A stretch of DNA of 64,000 nt from Lama glama (Eukaryota). The DNA lies in the NCBI GenBank assembly GCA_028534125.1, contig CM052817.1, positions 32,490,001 through 32,554,000 on the forward strand. The letters are read 5' to 3'. Of this stretch, positions 38,163-50,825 are shown piece after piece. Each line of letters begins with the position of its first letter. Positions within the stretch are counted from its first letter, which is position 1. The notes under the pieces were generated by a model. That model did not search any database. It was not told the origin of the DNA and saw only the letters and a list, made by a program, of their open reading frames with translations. Made by a program: the position numbers and the translations under genes.

Positions 38163-39032
38163 TGTAGTATTTTGATATAAGAAATATGTATTTGGGCTTT
38201 ATTCCAAGTTCTTGGCACAGAGCTTCTAAAAACCCTTGTAATTTTCTGAGTGACAGAGATAAAGAACATCTTTTATTATTCATAATAAGCTCCTTTCAAC
38301 GGTAACAGAATTTATGCTAATAAGGTGACTTTTAGAAGCTGGGGTTAGTTGCCAAGGGAACCAATCGTGTGATTAGAGGGCTAACCTTGCAACTTTCAGC
38401 CTCACCTGCAGACCTCTAGAAAGGGGAGAGGGGCTGGAGATTGAGTTAATCACTAATGGCCAGTGATTTAATTGTATCTGTGTAATGCATGCCCATGAAA
38501 TGGAATCTCTATTTAAAAACAAAACAAAACAAACACCCTAACAGAAGGGGTTTGGTGAGCTTCCAGTTTGGTTCACACATTGAGGTGCTGGGAAGGTGGT
38601 GTTGCCCAAGAAGGCATGGAGGCGCCACCCTAGCCTTTCCACATCTCTTGCCCCATGCATCTCTTCCGTTTGGTTGTTCCCAGGTTGTAGCTTTTATAAT
38701 AAACAAGTAATTATAAGTAAAGCACTTTCCTGAGTTCTGTGAGCCATTCTAACAATTTTCAAACCGAAGGAGGGGGGTTGTAGGGCCCTCCCCCCAATTT
38801 ATAGCCAGTCAGAACTTGGGACTTAGTTGGCATCTGAAGTGGAAGGAAGTCTTGTGGGACTGGGCTCTTGACCTGTGAGGTCTCCACTAGCTCCTGGTGG
38901 TTACTGTCATAACTGAGTTGTAGGACACCCAGTTGGTGTCCGGGGGGTGGGAGAGTTGGCTGATGGAAGGAAGCCCCACACTTCTAGTGTCAGAAGGTTG
39001 GAGAGGAGGAGAAACAGGTTTTCTCTTTTACA
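38163..39032 (+). mobile_element. MER21-like solo LTR
   Basis: TG...CA; ggcacagagcttctaaaacccttg, ggggagaggggctggagattgagtt, ttcctgagttctgtgagcc, taggacacccagttggtgtc. Confidence 0.88.
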
Positions 39033-40009
39033 TATACACAGCATTGTATGATGATCTTTGGGGATCTATATTAAAATTTGCCTTTTAAAGTCTTAAAACA
39101 TAGTGAGCAACACCAGATAAACAGATGTGTAACTGATGAAAATATGAAAAAGATTTGTACAAGTTAGGATGGCCCATTTAATTTGGCCAATGTTCTTCAA
39201 AGAGGTCTACTCCTGGGTGGCTCCAGAGCTTGGAAAAACTCATTCTTGAAAAGGTGGCATCCTAGGGCTTGTGATAACAGAGGTTTATTTTCTAGGAAGA
39301 TGTTCACTTTTACTTTTCCTTCCCCATAGGCGCTGACTCAGGATTATTCTTTTATCCTTCCCTCCTTGTGTATAACCTTTCAGTAAAGGGTCAAACTCTG
39401 ACCTCAGTCCCCCTGAAGCCAATGAAGGAGAAAACAAGGGGACAACTTGGACCTAAAGAAGTCCACGGAGACCCTATGTAACTAGGAAATGTGCCATTTG
39501 CATTTATTTATTTTATATATAGTTTCGAATTCTTTGAGATCCTCAAAGACTGGTTTGGCAGACTTCGGGGCACATCAAGAGAAAGTCTCTGGGGCCCAGC
39601 ATTTGGTTGGCTACCTCTCCTGGCCTCTGCTTTGTTCTTCTTTCGGAGACCTGCTTCGGGTTGTAGACAAACACAAGTGGACATGTGGGAATTTGGCATT
39701 AGCGTGGAGTCCAGGAATTAGGTGAAACTTAAAATGAATAAAAGTTTAAAAACACATGAGTTATTAATATTGATGATAAGTGCATACCTCATTCAAAAAG
39801 AAAATATTTTACCCCTAAAACAGCCTCATACTAAGGAAGATACGATACCTGAAGATCAAATTAAATAAAGTACAATTACGTTGTAAGATGTTACAAGAAG
39901 GGGGAAGGCAGAGAGAGACAGAGAAAGGAAGAGGTGTTAGGAGTGTTTGTTATATGCAAGACATTGTTATAGTCAGCATAAATCATGTAACCAGAGGATT
40001 TTGGGTGTC

Positions 40010-40700
40010 TCTGTAGGTTTTCCCTCCTTCCTACCCATTTTGAGCACTGTCATTATAGTCATCTTCCAAAAAGATTACTTTCTGTCTTAAAAAGCCAGAA
40101 AATATTCGCTCCAACCATCTCATTTTGAATTTTAGAAACCAAAACCCGGAAAGGTGATTTGGCCAAGGCGCACAACTGTTTCATGAACTGAAGCCCAGAT
40201 TATCTCATTTCCAAGTGAAACAATATACTTCCTGAAGACAGCAACGTTGAGAGGCAGTTCAGGAGAGTTGAAGAGGGGTGGGGAGGAGCAGGAGCCGAGA
40301 GACCTGAATTATCACCCATGTGCTGCCATTCCGTAGCTGCATTTGGAGTAAAGTCTAAAACCCTTAGCCTGGTGATTGGTTCCCACCACATTCTGATCAA
40401 AACCTCCCTTCTCCATCCACCTCCAAATAAACTCTCAATTCAAGCCATTAGCATCTTACTCATTGTCCTACAGTATATTTCCCTTGCCCTCTCCATGCTG
40501 TTACTCTTTCAGTTCTCCCAGCTTTTTTCTCTTCTCCATCCTCCAAATTCCCCCTCCCTTAAGACCCAGTTCAAACACTACAGACCTACTATATCCCCCA
40601 TCCACCAAAGCACCCAAGCCTCTAACTTTCACAGCATTAGCATGGAAGACATGACCAGAGACTATATCCATTTCTTACCTGATCTACGTTAGTGTTATGG
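40010..40700 (+). mobile_element. Decayed L2 fragments with an embedded antisense MIR piece (~40105-40205)
   Basis: gtaaagtctaaaacccttagcctgg; tccctccttaagacccagttcaaa; MIR ggtgatttggccaaggcgcacaact. Confidence 0.5.
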
Positions 40701-41479
40701 CCGTCAGCAATGCTCTAGAAAGTTTATTGCTGCTGAATGTTTAACTGTGCCCATCATTCTCTGTCCACTAGAGGGACAAGCAGGATTATCCAGGAGAGGA
40801 CCACAGGGCTCCTTCTGGGTTGTTTGCCTATGGACAATTTGGGGCAATGCTGTTTCTTGCCCAAGCGGTGCTCAAACTAAATTTTCCATGGAACTGGGAG
40901 CTTCCTCCCCCCAGGAGGGAGTCAGGCTGTGCACACACATCCCCACATACCACGGGCCCCCAAGGAGCGCAGGTGCTAAGCCTGTTGCATTCCCCAGCCT
41001 CTCCTGAACATCTGGCATCCAATTCAGACTGACAATATCCACTCCCACTCAAGCAGATGAGGCTCACCTTCAAGTTCAGCTCAGAAAAGGGGGAGCCAGA
41101 AGAGGGCTGAGCATCTCTCCTGGAGTGCAGCCCTATGTGTTTACAGAGCTGGCCTGATGCTTCTCTGCAGAGTGAAGAGAGATCAGGGGACTACGTCTGC
41201 CTTAGCTCGCTAACCCTTAACTTCCAAGCTGGTAAACCGTGTTCTGTGACCCACACTGTGCAGCACTAGGGGTTGCATCTTCCCCCTTCTGGCCACAGCA
41301 ACTCCATGCAGGTGGGTCCCCAACTGACCTGAGAGTCCCCAGAGCTTCTGCTCTGAGTGCTCTGAGCTAAGCTTCCAGTTAGCTCCCCAGGCACAAATCA
41401 AGCTAACAGACATTCTGTTATGAGTCTTAAAATGCAATGCTCATAACTGTGCACTTTGGCCTATTAAGAGTAGCTACTT

Positions 41480-41815
41480 TGAGCTGAGTGTGTGTTGTGC
41501 ACCTGCTCCAAGTTTTTTCATTTAATCCTCATAATAATCCGATGAGGTTGGTAATATTACCATTTATATTTTATATTTGATAAAACCAAGACTTGGTATA
41601 TTCAAAAAATATCAGAGGGGTTGGATATAGGTTAGCGATAGAGTGCATGTTTAGCATGCACAAGGTCCTAGGTTCAATTCCCCCGGTATCTCTGTTACAA
41701 AAAAAAAGCCACTATATTAAAAAATAATAATAAAAAAAAAGATATATGAGTTCAAGGCCCTGTAGCTAGTATGTGGCAAACACAAAAACTTGAATCTATT
41801 TGACATTGAAGCCCG
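41480..41815 (-). mobile_element. MIR SINE split by a younger SINE
   Basis: tcatttaatcctcataataatccgatgagg ... ttcaaggccctgtagctagtatgtggc. Confidence 0.75.
41617..41740 (+). mobile_element. tRNA-Ala-derived camelid SINE (Vic-1 type), diverged
   Basis: agagtgcatgtttagcatgcacaaggtcctaggttcaattcccc plus A-rich tail; homologous to 50894. Confidence 0.85.
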
Positions 41816-41879
41816 TTTAGAAATATTTATATAATCAACCTTTTTCCTATCACCCAGAACTAATAACTGAACATTTTTT

Positions 41880-42110
41880 TTGTCAATCCATCTTTATTTT
41901 TTAATGAAAAAATTTAATAGTAAAGTCCCCTTTAACTGGCACTCTGAATGCCCTTCTCATCATTATTGTGAATTTGTTGTGTATTCTTACAGTTGTACAG
42001 TTTTAGGTAAATATATGTATATCCATGAGCCATATAGTTGACCATGTGTATGTTTAAAGCTTATGTAAATGTCATCAAAACAGATGTCTCCTTTCTCACT
42101 TTCTTGGTTC
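41880..42110 (-). mobile_element. Old L1ME-like 3'UTR fragment
   Basis: tgaatttgttgtgtattc...atatatgtatatccatga...tttaaagcttatgtaaatgtcatca. Confidence 0.45.
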
Positions 42111-43347
42111 TTACCAGTTGTCACCTCCTGTCTCCTCACACAGCAGCATGGAGAAGGCGTGAGTGGGCAAACTGAGGCTGTTCTCAGGTGGCTGTGACCA
42201 CAGAGAGGAGAAATCATGGTTTTACTGCAGGATGGCCTCAGTCTGGAGCTCTCTGTCTGGGTCAGAGGGCCCTTTAACCGTGTGTATGTGTGTATTAGTG
42301 TTTGTGTGTTAGTGGTGTTTGTGCCAAGCTGGTTTGAAAATCTCCAGTTCAATAAGAAGATACTACTGGTCAAAGTCGGACAAGCCTTATTGTTTATTCC
42401 AGGGTCGACTTGTGCTAAAATCCTTGTAGATTCAAATTTATTTCCGTAGATCACTGAGGGTCTATTCACAGACTTTAGCCGTAAGGTTGGTGCTGTATCT
42501 AATAGCCAGATGTGAGTCTGTGCTCCCGGAAACAAACAAAAACAACTTCCAGAATGATCAAATCTACCTTTCATTGATTCATAGCTTGAGTTACATTTCT
42601 TAGGGTGATTTTTTTGTCTTATTGCCAAGTCATCCTTAAATAACAATTTTTTTCCCCAAGAAATAGCATGCTGCCAAAATAGCTTTACTTTCAAAAGTCT
42701 ACAGAAAGCTGTGGGCTGGCCTGCTAGCCCTGGCTGGAGAGTAAGGCGGCCCATGTTCCACGGCGTGTGTCAGCTCGCTTCACGAGCCAGCGTGTGGTTA
42801 GCCATGAACTGCTCTTGGATGATTTTGTGTGTTTGATTCCAAAGCCCAGTTTTAAAAAATGTAATATCTACTTTTCCCCTATCAGCCAGAGCTAATAACT
42901 TAACATTTAAGTAAACACATAATGTGACTCCATTAGCAATATAAGTTTACCATATTTATGGTTTAAAGATTACATACAATGCAAAGATTGCCTAAAAGAT
43001 TACATAGTGTAATCTATGCTGGGCTAGGTTTTAAAATCAGCACACAAGGGAAATCACATAGAGCTATGTTTCTCCCTGGATCCTCTTAAATAGCCTATAA
43101 AGTACAACATGGAAATGTGACACTCAATATTTTTTTAACATAGAAAAAGAGTTTATTAGATGCACGCCATAGGCAGCAGCGGGCCACACAGATGAGAGGT
43201 GCCAGTGTGAGCCTCAACCTTTTTAACAACACGTTCAGCACAGGTCTTGGCCAATAGAATGGACACCCTGGTTGTAAATACCTCGGGGTGCAGTCATACT
43301 GATGCATGCAGGTGCATTTTGGCCTGACACAGGGAACCCCTGCACAT

Positions 43348-43590
43348 AGGTCCTCAGTTGGGAGGGAACATGTCTCTCCCGGGGAACATTGGGGAATGTC
43401 TGGAGACATTACTTTATTGTCATGACTAGGGGCGGGGCTTCTACTGGCATCCTGTAGTTAGAAGCCACAGATATTGTTAAACATCCCACTGTGCACTGGA
43501 AAACTCCTCACTTTCTGCCACCCACCCACCCCACTCAACAAAGAATTACTTGTTCCAAAATATCAGTAGTGCTACAATTAAGAGCCAGTA
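43348..43590 (+). mobile_element. MER20
   Basis: aatgtctggagacatt...tgtcatgactagggg...ctactggcatc...acaaagaatta...caaaatatcagtagtgc. Confidence 0.85.
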
Positions 43591-43944
43591 GTGTATAAGA
43601 CTTTGTGTGCAGTGATGTGTTTGCATAAATGTACCACATTCACAGTAATGTATAATTGAAAACTATCTCTTTAAACACATAATGAGCTACACAAGCAACC
43701 GACCTAACCTCAATATTTCTATCTCTGCTCTCCTAGGCATTGGTCATGGAGTGAGTGACTGCTGGGTGGAGCTATTTGCCCTCCCAGTTTCTCCCTGGGT
43801 GTGTGCATGCATGTGCTTTCTCTTATAGGTTCTTTCTCCAACTATGGACAGAGTGAAAATTTCTTAAATCTAAGGCCTTAACTATGGACATCTTTAATGA
43901 ATTGACAACTATAAAATGGCTTCTACTTGGACATTTCCCCCTCA

Positions 43945-44900
43945 AAAGTTTTAATTATCAAAGTAATATATCATAATTATGGAAGACTTGGATTATGTAG
44001 AAAAGTAGAATAAACAAAACAAAATAAAAAACTGCCTATAGTGCAACCCACCACCAAGATAATATGACAATTAAAATTTTAGTGCAGTCCCCTTTTGTAA
44101 TCTTTTGTTTCCATCTTTACGGAGATATAATTGACAAATAACATTGTGTAAGCTTAAGTAGACAAAATGATGATTTGATACACATATGTATTACGAAACC
44201 GTTACTACAACCAAGATAATTAATGATCTATCGTGTTACATTGCTACTTTTTTGTATGGTGAGAACTCTTAGGATCTACTTTCTTAGCGACTTCCAAATA
44301 TAGAATACAGTATTTTTAACTGCAGTCACCATGCCACGTACCCTTTTGTATTCCCTTAATGGGTGTATATGTTTGTCTGCTAGAAATTATACTACAGATT
44401 TACTTTGTCCCTTAACGCTATGAACAGTTCATGGCCATAGAATTAAATCAGGTGGGTTACAACATATTTTACTTATCCATTTCCTTTTTGTGAAAAATTT
44501 AGGTTGTTTACACCTTTTTGCTGGTGTAAGTTGTACTGCAGGGAATATTTTTGTCTGTGACCCTTTTTCCTACACTTTTGGATTTTCAGTGGATTTCCAG
44601 AAATTTATTTATCAGAACAAAGATTATGCACCTATTTAAACTAACAGTGAAGATTGTGAAAGTGCTCTTGTGAAAGGTTGCATCCGCTTTGTAGTCACAA
44701 AAGTAGTGCAAAAGAGCAGCCACCTCGTCCTTCTCTCCAGCATGGAACCAGCCATTTTTGTTTTAAAGCTTTTTAGGTGAAAAATGGTATTTTATTGTTG
44801 TCTTAATCTGCACTTTTTCTGATCTCCAGTGAGGTCAACATTTTAAAATATGTTTGTTAGTCTTTTTTTTTTTTTCTCATGTTCTTTGATGATTTTCCCC
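43945..44900 (-). mobile_element. Old L1ME-like fragment hosting a younger L1 tip
   Basis: tttaggttgttt...; ggtgaaaaatggtattttattgttgtcttaatctgcac...cagtgagg. Confidence 0.6.
44103..44340 (-). mobile_element. L1MA-type 3' tip
   Basis: atataattgacaaata...ggtgagaactcttaggatctactttcttagc; TSD cccttttgtaatc (44090-44102) / cccttttgtattc (44341-44353), 12/13 match. Confidence 0.88.
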
Positions 44901-45442
44901 GTCTTTTTGGTGTTGGGTTTGATAGGCTGTTTATCTGATGTCAGTACTTCATGCATCTGAAAAACTCTAAATATTTCTATAAATTTACAAGGAATGGATT
45001 GACCACTGCTTTAGAAATAAGTTTACTCATCTTGAAGTTTGGTCTTGGGGAAGGACGGCAGCTTCCTCTTTGTCTGCATATGGTTTGGCAGTTCTCAAAC
45101 TTGTCCTTGGAGATAGAACACCTGAAGGTCATGTGATCCTTATGAACAACCTAAAACATTGATATATTCATCTTAAAATAACAAAACAACTGTGTGCTTA
45201 ATCAGTTGCCACCTTTCCTTAGAATCCAGCACTGAAGTTTTAAGAAAACTTTGGGTAAAGTCTTTAACATTGAAACAGTGCATCCTATTAACTCAATTTA
45301 TCCATTATCTCGGACAAAACCTCTACTGTGCACTTGTTCTTAATGGGAAAACACTGATCCAAAACACAAGCCTCCCAAAGAATGGGGGAAATTACATGCT
45401 TCAGATGTAATGACCCAGACATCCATCAAATCCTACATGTTG

Positions 45443-45565
45443 CACTAGAATGTAAAGTCCCTGAAGATAGGGATTTTTGTCTGTTTTAATTACTACTGGA
45501 TTTTCAATGCTCAGAATAAGCCGGGCACATAATAGTTGCTCGGTAACCATGTATTGAACACATAA
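45443..45565 (+). mobile_element. L2 3' end
   Basis: cactagaatgtaaagtccctgaagatagggatttttgtctgtttt...ggcacataatagttgctc. Confidence 0.8.
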
Positions 45566-46523
45566 AATCTGCCTCCTTCAGGAGACAGTGTGGTGTTTGG
45601 AGAAGAGCAGTGTCTTTCAGATTCCATAGACCTTTATAGAAGTCAGATGCCTTCACCAACTCTGTTAGGCATCAGAAATATCTGCTAAGTATCTCGGGTG
45701 CCACGTCTGCTTCCCTCCACCCTGAGCTCTCCCAGGGATTCTGGGAAAGGCGGTTCCCTGAAGCAGCAGCTCTTCCAGGGAAGAAGAAAACGGTTGCATA
45801 TACAACTTGTGTATATTTACTTCTTCCCAATTTGAGTACGGTCCTTTGTAAATTTTTGAACTATTTATAATGGACCAGACTTTTTCTTTTTCCCTTTTTA
45901 TCATCACAGACCAATACTTCTGTAAAATACAATAGAAATGAATTACTAGCAAAATTAAACTCAAAAAGCAAAACATATGGCCAATTTTTAAATTACTAGA
46001 TTCAGCAGACAGAATTACAGTTCAATAAATGCAGGCAGAACCAACATAATAGAGGGGGGAAAATCACTAAAACTGTGAATGTCGTTCATTGAAAGAGTAG
46101 GTGTAGAGGATTAAAACAGAACTGGAATTACACTTGTAAATTTCTATTTGCAGAAATAATAATAAAGAATTCATGAGTGAACTAACCCATATTAGACATC
46201 TGTATACACACTTAGGAGAAACTCCATGTATATCAATTTTTAAAGATTTAATGAGCTTGCTTCTTGCTGAATAATTTATGTCATTCAGGTAGGATTGGTG
46301 GCAAATGATCCTCACAGAGGATACTATATATCTAAACAGTTTATATATTTTGTTTTCATAACACTCCTAGTAGCAAAACTAATCTCACAGAGGCATGTGG
46401 ATAAGAATGGAAGGAGAGATGTTAAAGCAATTCCAGCAAGCTCAAGATACTTATTTTTAAATTTTATCCGAAATTAAGCAAGTGGAGCTATCATTTCAAA
46501 ACTTTCATCAGTCACCAGTCCAT

Positions 46524-46568
46524 ACACAGACACACACAGAGACACACACACACACACACACACACACA
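46524..46568. repeat. (AC)n microsatellite, interrupted
   Basis: Directly visible. Confidence 0.95.
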
Positions 46569-48127
46569 TCTTGACTCTGCTCAAGACTCTCCCAACCCTG
46601 AGTCTAGCAGAACAACAGTTCAGAGCTGTAAATGAATTTGAAGTTACGGAAAACATACAAAGTTATATTTCTCTTACACTGAAGTTTGTGCAATGAGGTT
46701 CACATCCATGAAATACTTCATATATCAAGAAATGACTCAATAGTATCTTAAGAAACTTAAAAGACAACAAAGACAACTGTTTTGTTTGATATAATTGGTG
46801 AACACAATCCCTCTGAAATGTAGCATCTTCAAAGACAATCAGCTTTGGTAAAATGTCTTCCTTTAATTGAAGCTATTTCTTTGTAGTTAATGTATAGAAT
46901 AAGCCTAGGTTCCAGAGAAAGATACATTTTATAGGGTGTCAGGTTGGGCTCCCAGCCAAATGGAGCATGGTGAGATGTAGATTGCTTGGCAGCCAAAGTG
47001 ACTCCGACCAGTTGCCTTGGGTACCTTCCTCTAGGTCTGTCCAAAGCCCAGATGAAGCCCGGATGCCAAGCATTGGAAACAAGAGGGAAACAACGTGCTG
47101 TTTTTCCATCGTCTCTTTTGGCTGCAACTGAACTCACTTTGCAAACAACAAAAAAATAAGTTGAATGAGTTTGCTCTTTTTAATCGCTGACATTGCTATT
47201 TTGATCTTTTCCCATATGATAGCAGAGGCGATCTTACCAATAATGGACTTTCTTCTGTTCACTGATATTCTCTTGAAGGTGTGCCAAGTTTAATAAAGTA
47301 AAGAAACATCTCTCCAGTTACCATAAAGCTTTGTGTCTGTGCATAATAAAATAGAGGAGAAAACACCTCTAATACGTAGTCCAGTGTTGCTGTGTCTCCC
47401 CAAGGCGGTTGGTTAACACACAAAGCTGGCAATAAAATTCAGTCATGTGTCCACCGATGAGACAAAAACTGTTGCTGAATCCACTGTAAGAAGTAATTAA
47501 CATGATGAAGGTAACGACACCGTGGGACTAGAAGGAGGGGAAAACGACACTGAGATACTCTTGGTGTACTTAAAGGAGTTTGCCTGTTCCAATGAATTAC
47601 ACTGGAGAACATTTACCCTCAGCATCTGTTTTATTACCCACTAGGAACCCGTGCAGACACCTTGGCTAACCTCTTCCTTGTCTGCTGAGGTAACCGTGCC
47701 AAAAAAATGGACTGAGTTCAGCCAAGAATGAAGCATGCTCTGCTCCATCAAGGATTTTTTCCTTCGTCATGAGGGAGCACTCAACAGGTATTCCAAAGAC
47801 GCACGTGCAAAATGGGATTCTGTCTGCCTGGTCGGAGTGGCTCTTCCTGCCTCAGTACACTTGCAGAGGGCTGCGCCTCTCCCCAGCGGGGCTTGGATGA
47901 TTTATAACTTGGGAGAGATGCTTACACTCCATCTAATTGGGTGGCCGACATTTGGACTCAATTTTGAAAAATTTTTTTCTGCTGTCCTTATAAACCAAAC
48001 AGGATAAAACAAGTGTAGTTAATTTGGTTGTGTCTGGGCTTTTATTTTTATCCATTTGTACCTTGCAGCTTAAATTCTGAAACAATTAGACCAGAAGATT
48101 TTGCTGTTGGGAAACTGCTCTTTTAAA

Positions 48128-48161
48128 GTGTGTGTCGTGTGTGTGTGTGTGTGTGTGTGTG
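48128..48161. repeat. (TG)n microsatellite
   Basis: Directly visible. Confidence 0.95.
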
Positions 48162-48194
48162 AGTGACATTCCAATGAAGAAACATAAGGAATCA

Positions 48195-48405
48195 TTAGAT
48201 TGTAAGCTTCTTGAGAGTACCATCTTGTTTTATTAAACTTTGTATTTCTGATGTCCCTAATTTAGTACCCGGCACATAGTAGGTACTCATGAAATGTTTA
48301 ATTCAGTCACTTTTATTCATTCTTTTAATCAACAAATGTTTACTATTTTCCTAGCATTATCAATTGATACATGAATGAAGAAATACATGAACAAATGAAT
48401 GAATA
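48195..48405 (+). mobile_element. L2 3' end fragments
   Basis: tagattgtaagcttcttgagag...ggcacatagtaggtactca; tgaatgaa tail. Confidence 0.75.
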
Positions 48406-48729
48406 AACCATGGGCCTCATGGCATTACCATCTCTCTCCAACGTTATGTGCTCTGGTTTTTCCTACCCTGAGAAAATATAATAATTTTTTAAAACCTGTT
48501 CGAACCCACAGACCTTATACTTGGGAGACTTTAAAAACAGCAGTAAATGTCACTACTATCAAGGGAAATCAATTTTTTTAGTCTGCAGCTCATATAGCTT
48601 CATGGCAATTAATGATTTACTTGAGTACCTTCTGGATTTCCACACTACATGGGTCTTCTAATAGTATCAGCCAACATTAAGCCTTTTTTAGTCTGGCTGA
48701 AGGAATGTTCTAAATGTACAAGAATTGTC

Positions 48730-48835
48730 TAATTCTCACAACAACCCTATGCAGTAGGTACTACTATCCCCTCTTTGTAGCTGGGGAGCTGAGATGCTAG
48801 TTAAGTGAGGGAGCCCTTATAGTCTGACTCTGGCA
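48730..48835 (-). mobile_element. MIR fragment
   Basis: taattctcacaacaaccctatgcagtaggtactactatcccc. Confidence 0.7.
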
Positions 48836-49289
48836 CCTTAATCATGTTACACTTCCCCCTTCTCTGCAGTACCACAGATGGTGTATCCACAATGAAGTGT
48901 CTGGCCTGCTGAGAAGGGTTCTATCTGCTTAGATCAAACTTTCTTCTCTACCCACAATCATCATAACTTCAGTAAGGAAACAGAGGGTTTGTCTGAGTTG
49001 TTCCCACTGGTGAGCAACAAGAGATTCATGAACCAGCATTGGCGTAAGGATTCCATTTGTACAACATGGCATGTGCCTCTGCGTGTGTGTGTGTGTGCGT
49101 GCACGTGTGTGTGCATAAACGTTTGTACAGAAGAATAGTTACCAAAATATGAATCTTTGCTATCTCAGGGCAATGGGATTTAGGTTAATTTGATCTTTTT
49201 CCTTTACATTTTCCTGTGTTTGAATTTTCCCGATGAGTAATATGCAATTTATATAATCAGGAAAAACATACTGAATTATTTTTATTGTG

Positions 49290-49430
49290 AAGAGTGATGG
49301 CACTGGAGTCAGCATGGGTTTGAGTCACTGTGTTTCTGAGCTTGCGCAAGTTTCTTATCCTCCCCACCTCGGGCTTCTTCATCTGTAATCGGGGCTGATG
49401 AAAGCACCTGCTGTGGGAGTGGAGGGAAGG
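49290..49430 (+). mobile_element. MIR fragment
   Basis: cactggagtcagcatgggtttgag...caagtttctta...cttcatctgtaa. Confidence 0.65.
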
Positions 49431-50029
49431 AGATGACAGAGTGGAGCATGGGCAGCACCCTACTCGAGAGCGTGACCCTCACCCTCGGAGCAGTTCATGC
49501 AGGTGGCTTTCGGAGAAACAAAAGAAATCTACACACCCAAGACTCCCATTGGCTCTCATTTCCAACAAAAGCCAGGCCACCACCACAACTCAGGCAGTTA
49601 GATTTGTTCCAACTCCAGTCTGGATTGTCAAAACCCCTTTTCTGTTTTCTATCAGGAGTTCAAAACAGCCCCACGCAGCAGCACTCTAAATGGCTCCACT
49701 CTCAGCCTTCCTTGCTTGGGAATCCATGTGTGAGCAACATTGCAGAATGTTTAATCCATTGGTCTCCTTTCATCTGGCCAAAGAGGAGGCGTGTCACATA
49801 AAACAATGTAGTCGTTCTTTTCTTTAATGCTGACTACGCATGTTTGCTCCTTGAGGAGAGCAGGGGTTGGCAGTAAAATCCATGTGTGAAAGGAGCAGAT
49901 AGTGGAGACAACTGGGAAGACTGGTTTCACTGCTGCTTGCTGGATGGAGGACACTCTTAGAGAAGGTCGTGGCAGCTCAGAAAAGAAAAATACGGGAACC
50001 AGGTTCTGAGTAATAAAAACCGCACCTTG

Positions 50030-50445
50030 TCACCTTCCCTGGTTTTGGAAGGACTTTGCTATATTTGGAGGACTTCCCGGACTCCTGTGTAGTGAGAACC
50101 TGCAACCCTTGGTTTCCAGAGCAGCCAGGGCAGGACATGTGACAGGGGCTCTGCTGTAACAGGCTCACTCAGGTGAGACTTCTACTTTGGGGGACCAAGT
50201 CTACTGGTGAGGGTGGCACAGGTGCCAGACATTTACGATGTCACGTTCCTGGTGGGGCAGTGGCCCCAGTGGTTTTTCTAGTGTCTGGTGGGGCAGAAGT
50301 TGCAGTTTCTTCATTGAACCATGCTGGGCTTGGTTGTACGTGTGGCTCCTGGAAGCTTAGCCACAAATCAGCCAGGATCTTTTTACAAACTCTTCCTGCT
50401 TAGTTAGCAGCAAACTTCTTTATGTATAACTAAGAACAATGAAAG
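50030..50445 (+). mobile_element. Old ERVL LTR (LTR16/LTR33-type)
   Basis: acttcccggactcc...acatgtgac...; 3' end aaactcttcctgcttagttagc...aactaagaac. Confidence 0.45.
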
Positions 50446-50661
50446 CTACAAGTGCAGAATATTAGGGAATTTGTTCAGCCTTCCAGGAGCCTGAGAACCA
50501 CTGCTGGGCAGTTACTGCTAATGAGTCATGCACTTTGAGACTTTGCACCAGTGCGCTCTGTTCAAGACAACGGTCGTTTGAAGGAGACGGTTTACCACTA
50601 TCGCGTGCTCTGGGATTCCGACGCCCTTCTTATTTTTCACATATGAGTTTTTGTTCCCATG

Positions 50662-50819
50662 CCAGTGGTTCTCAAATTTTGCTACACATTACCGTCACCT
50701 GGGGAGCTTTAAAAAAAATCTCTTATGCCCAGGTCATCCTTCATACAAATTAAATGAGTCACTGGGACTGGGGTCCAGGCATCATTAATTTTTATGGCAC
50801 CGAGTCTCAGAACCAGTGG
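50662..50819 (+). mobile_element. MER5A1-like MITE
   Basis: cagtggttctcaaa...tcacctggggagctttaaaa...ccaggcatca...agaaccagtg. Confidence 0.8.
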
Positions 50820-50825
50820 TCTAAT

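Noticed and set aside
43435..43465. MER20-borne CTCF site
   Set aside because: The corresponding segment (ggcatcctgtagt) looks degenerate in this copy
43840..43890. 11-bp direct repeat aactatggaca, 40 bp apart
   Set aside because: Only two copies; consistent with a trivial local duplication, not an array
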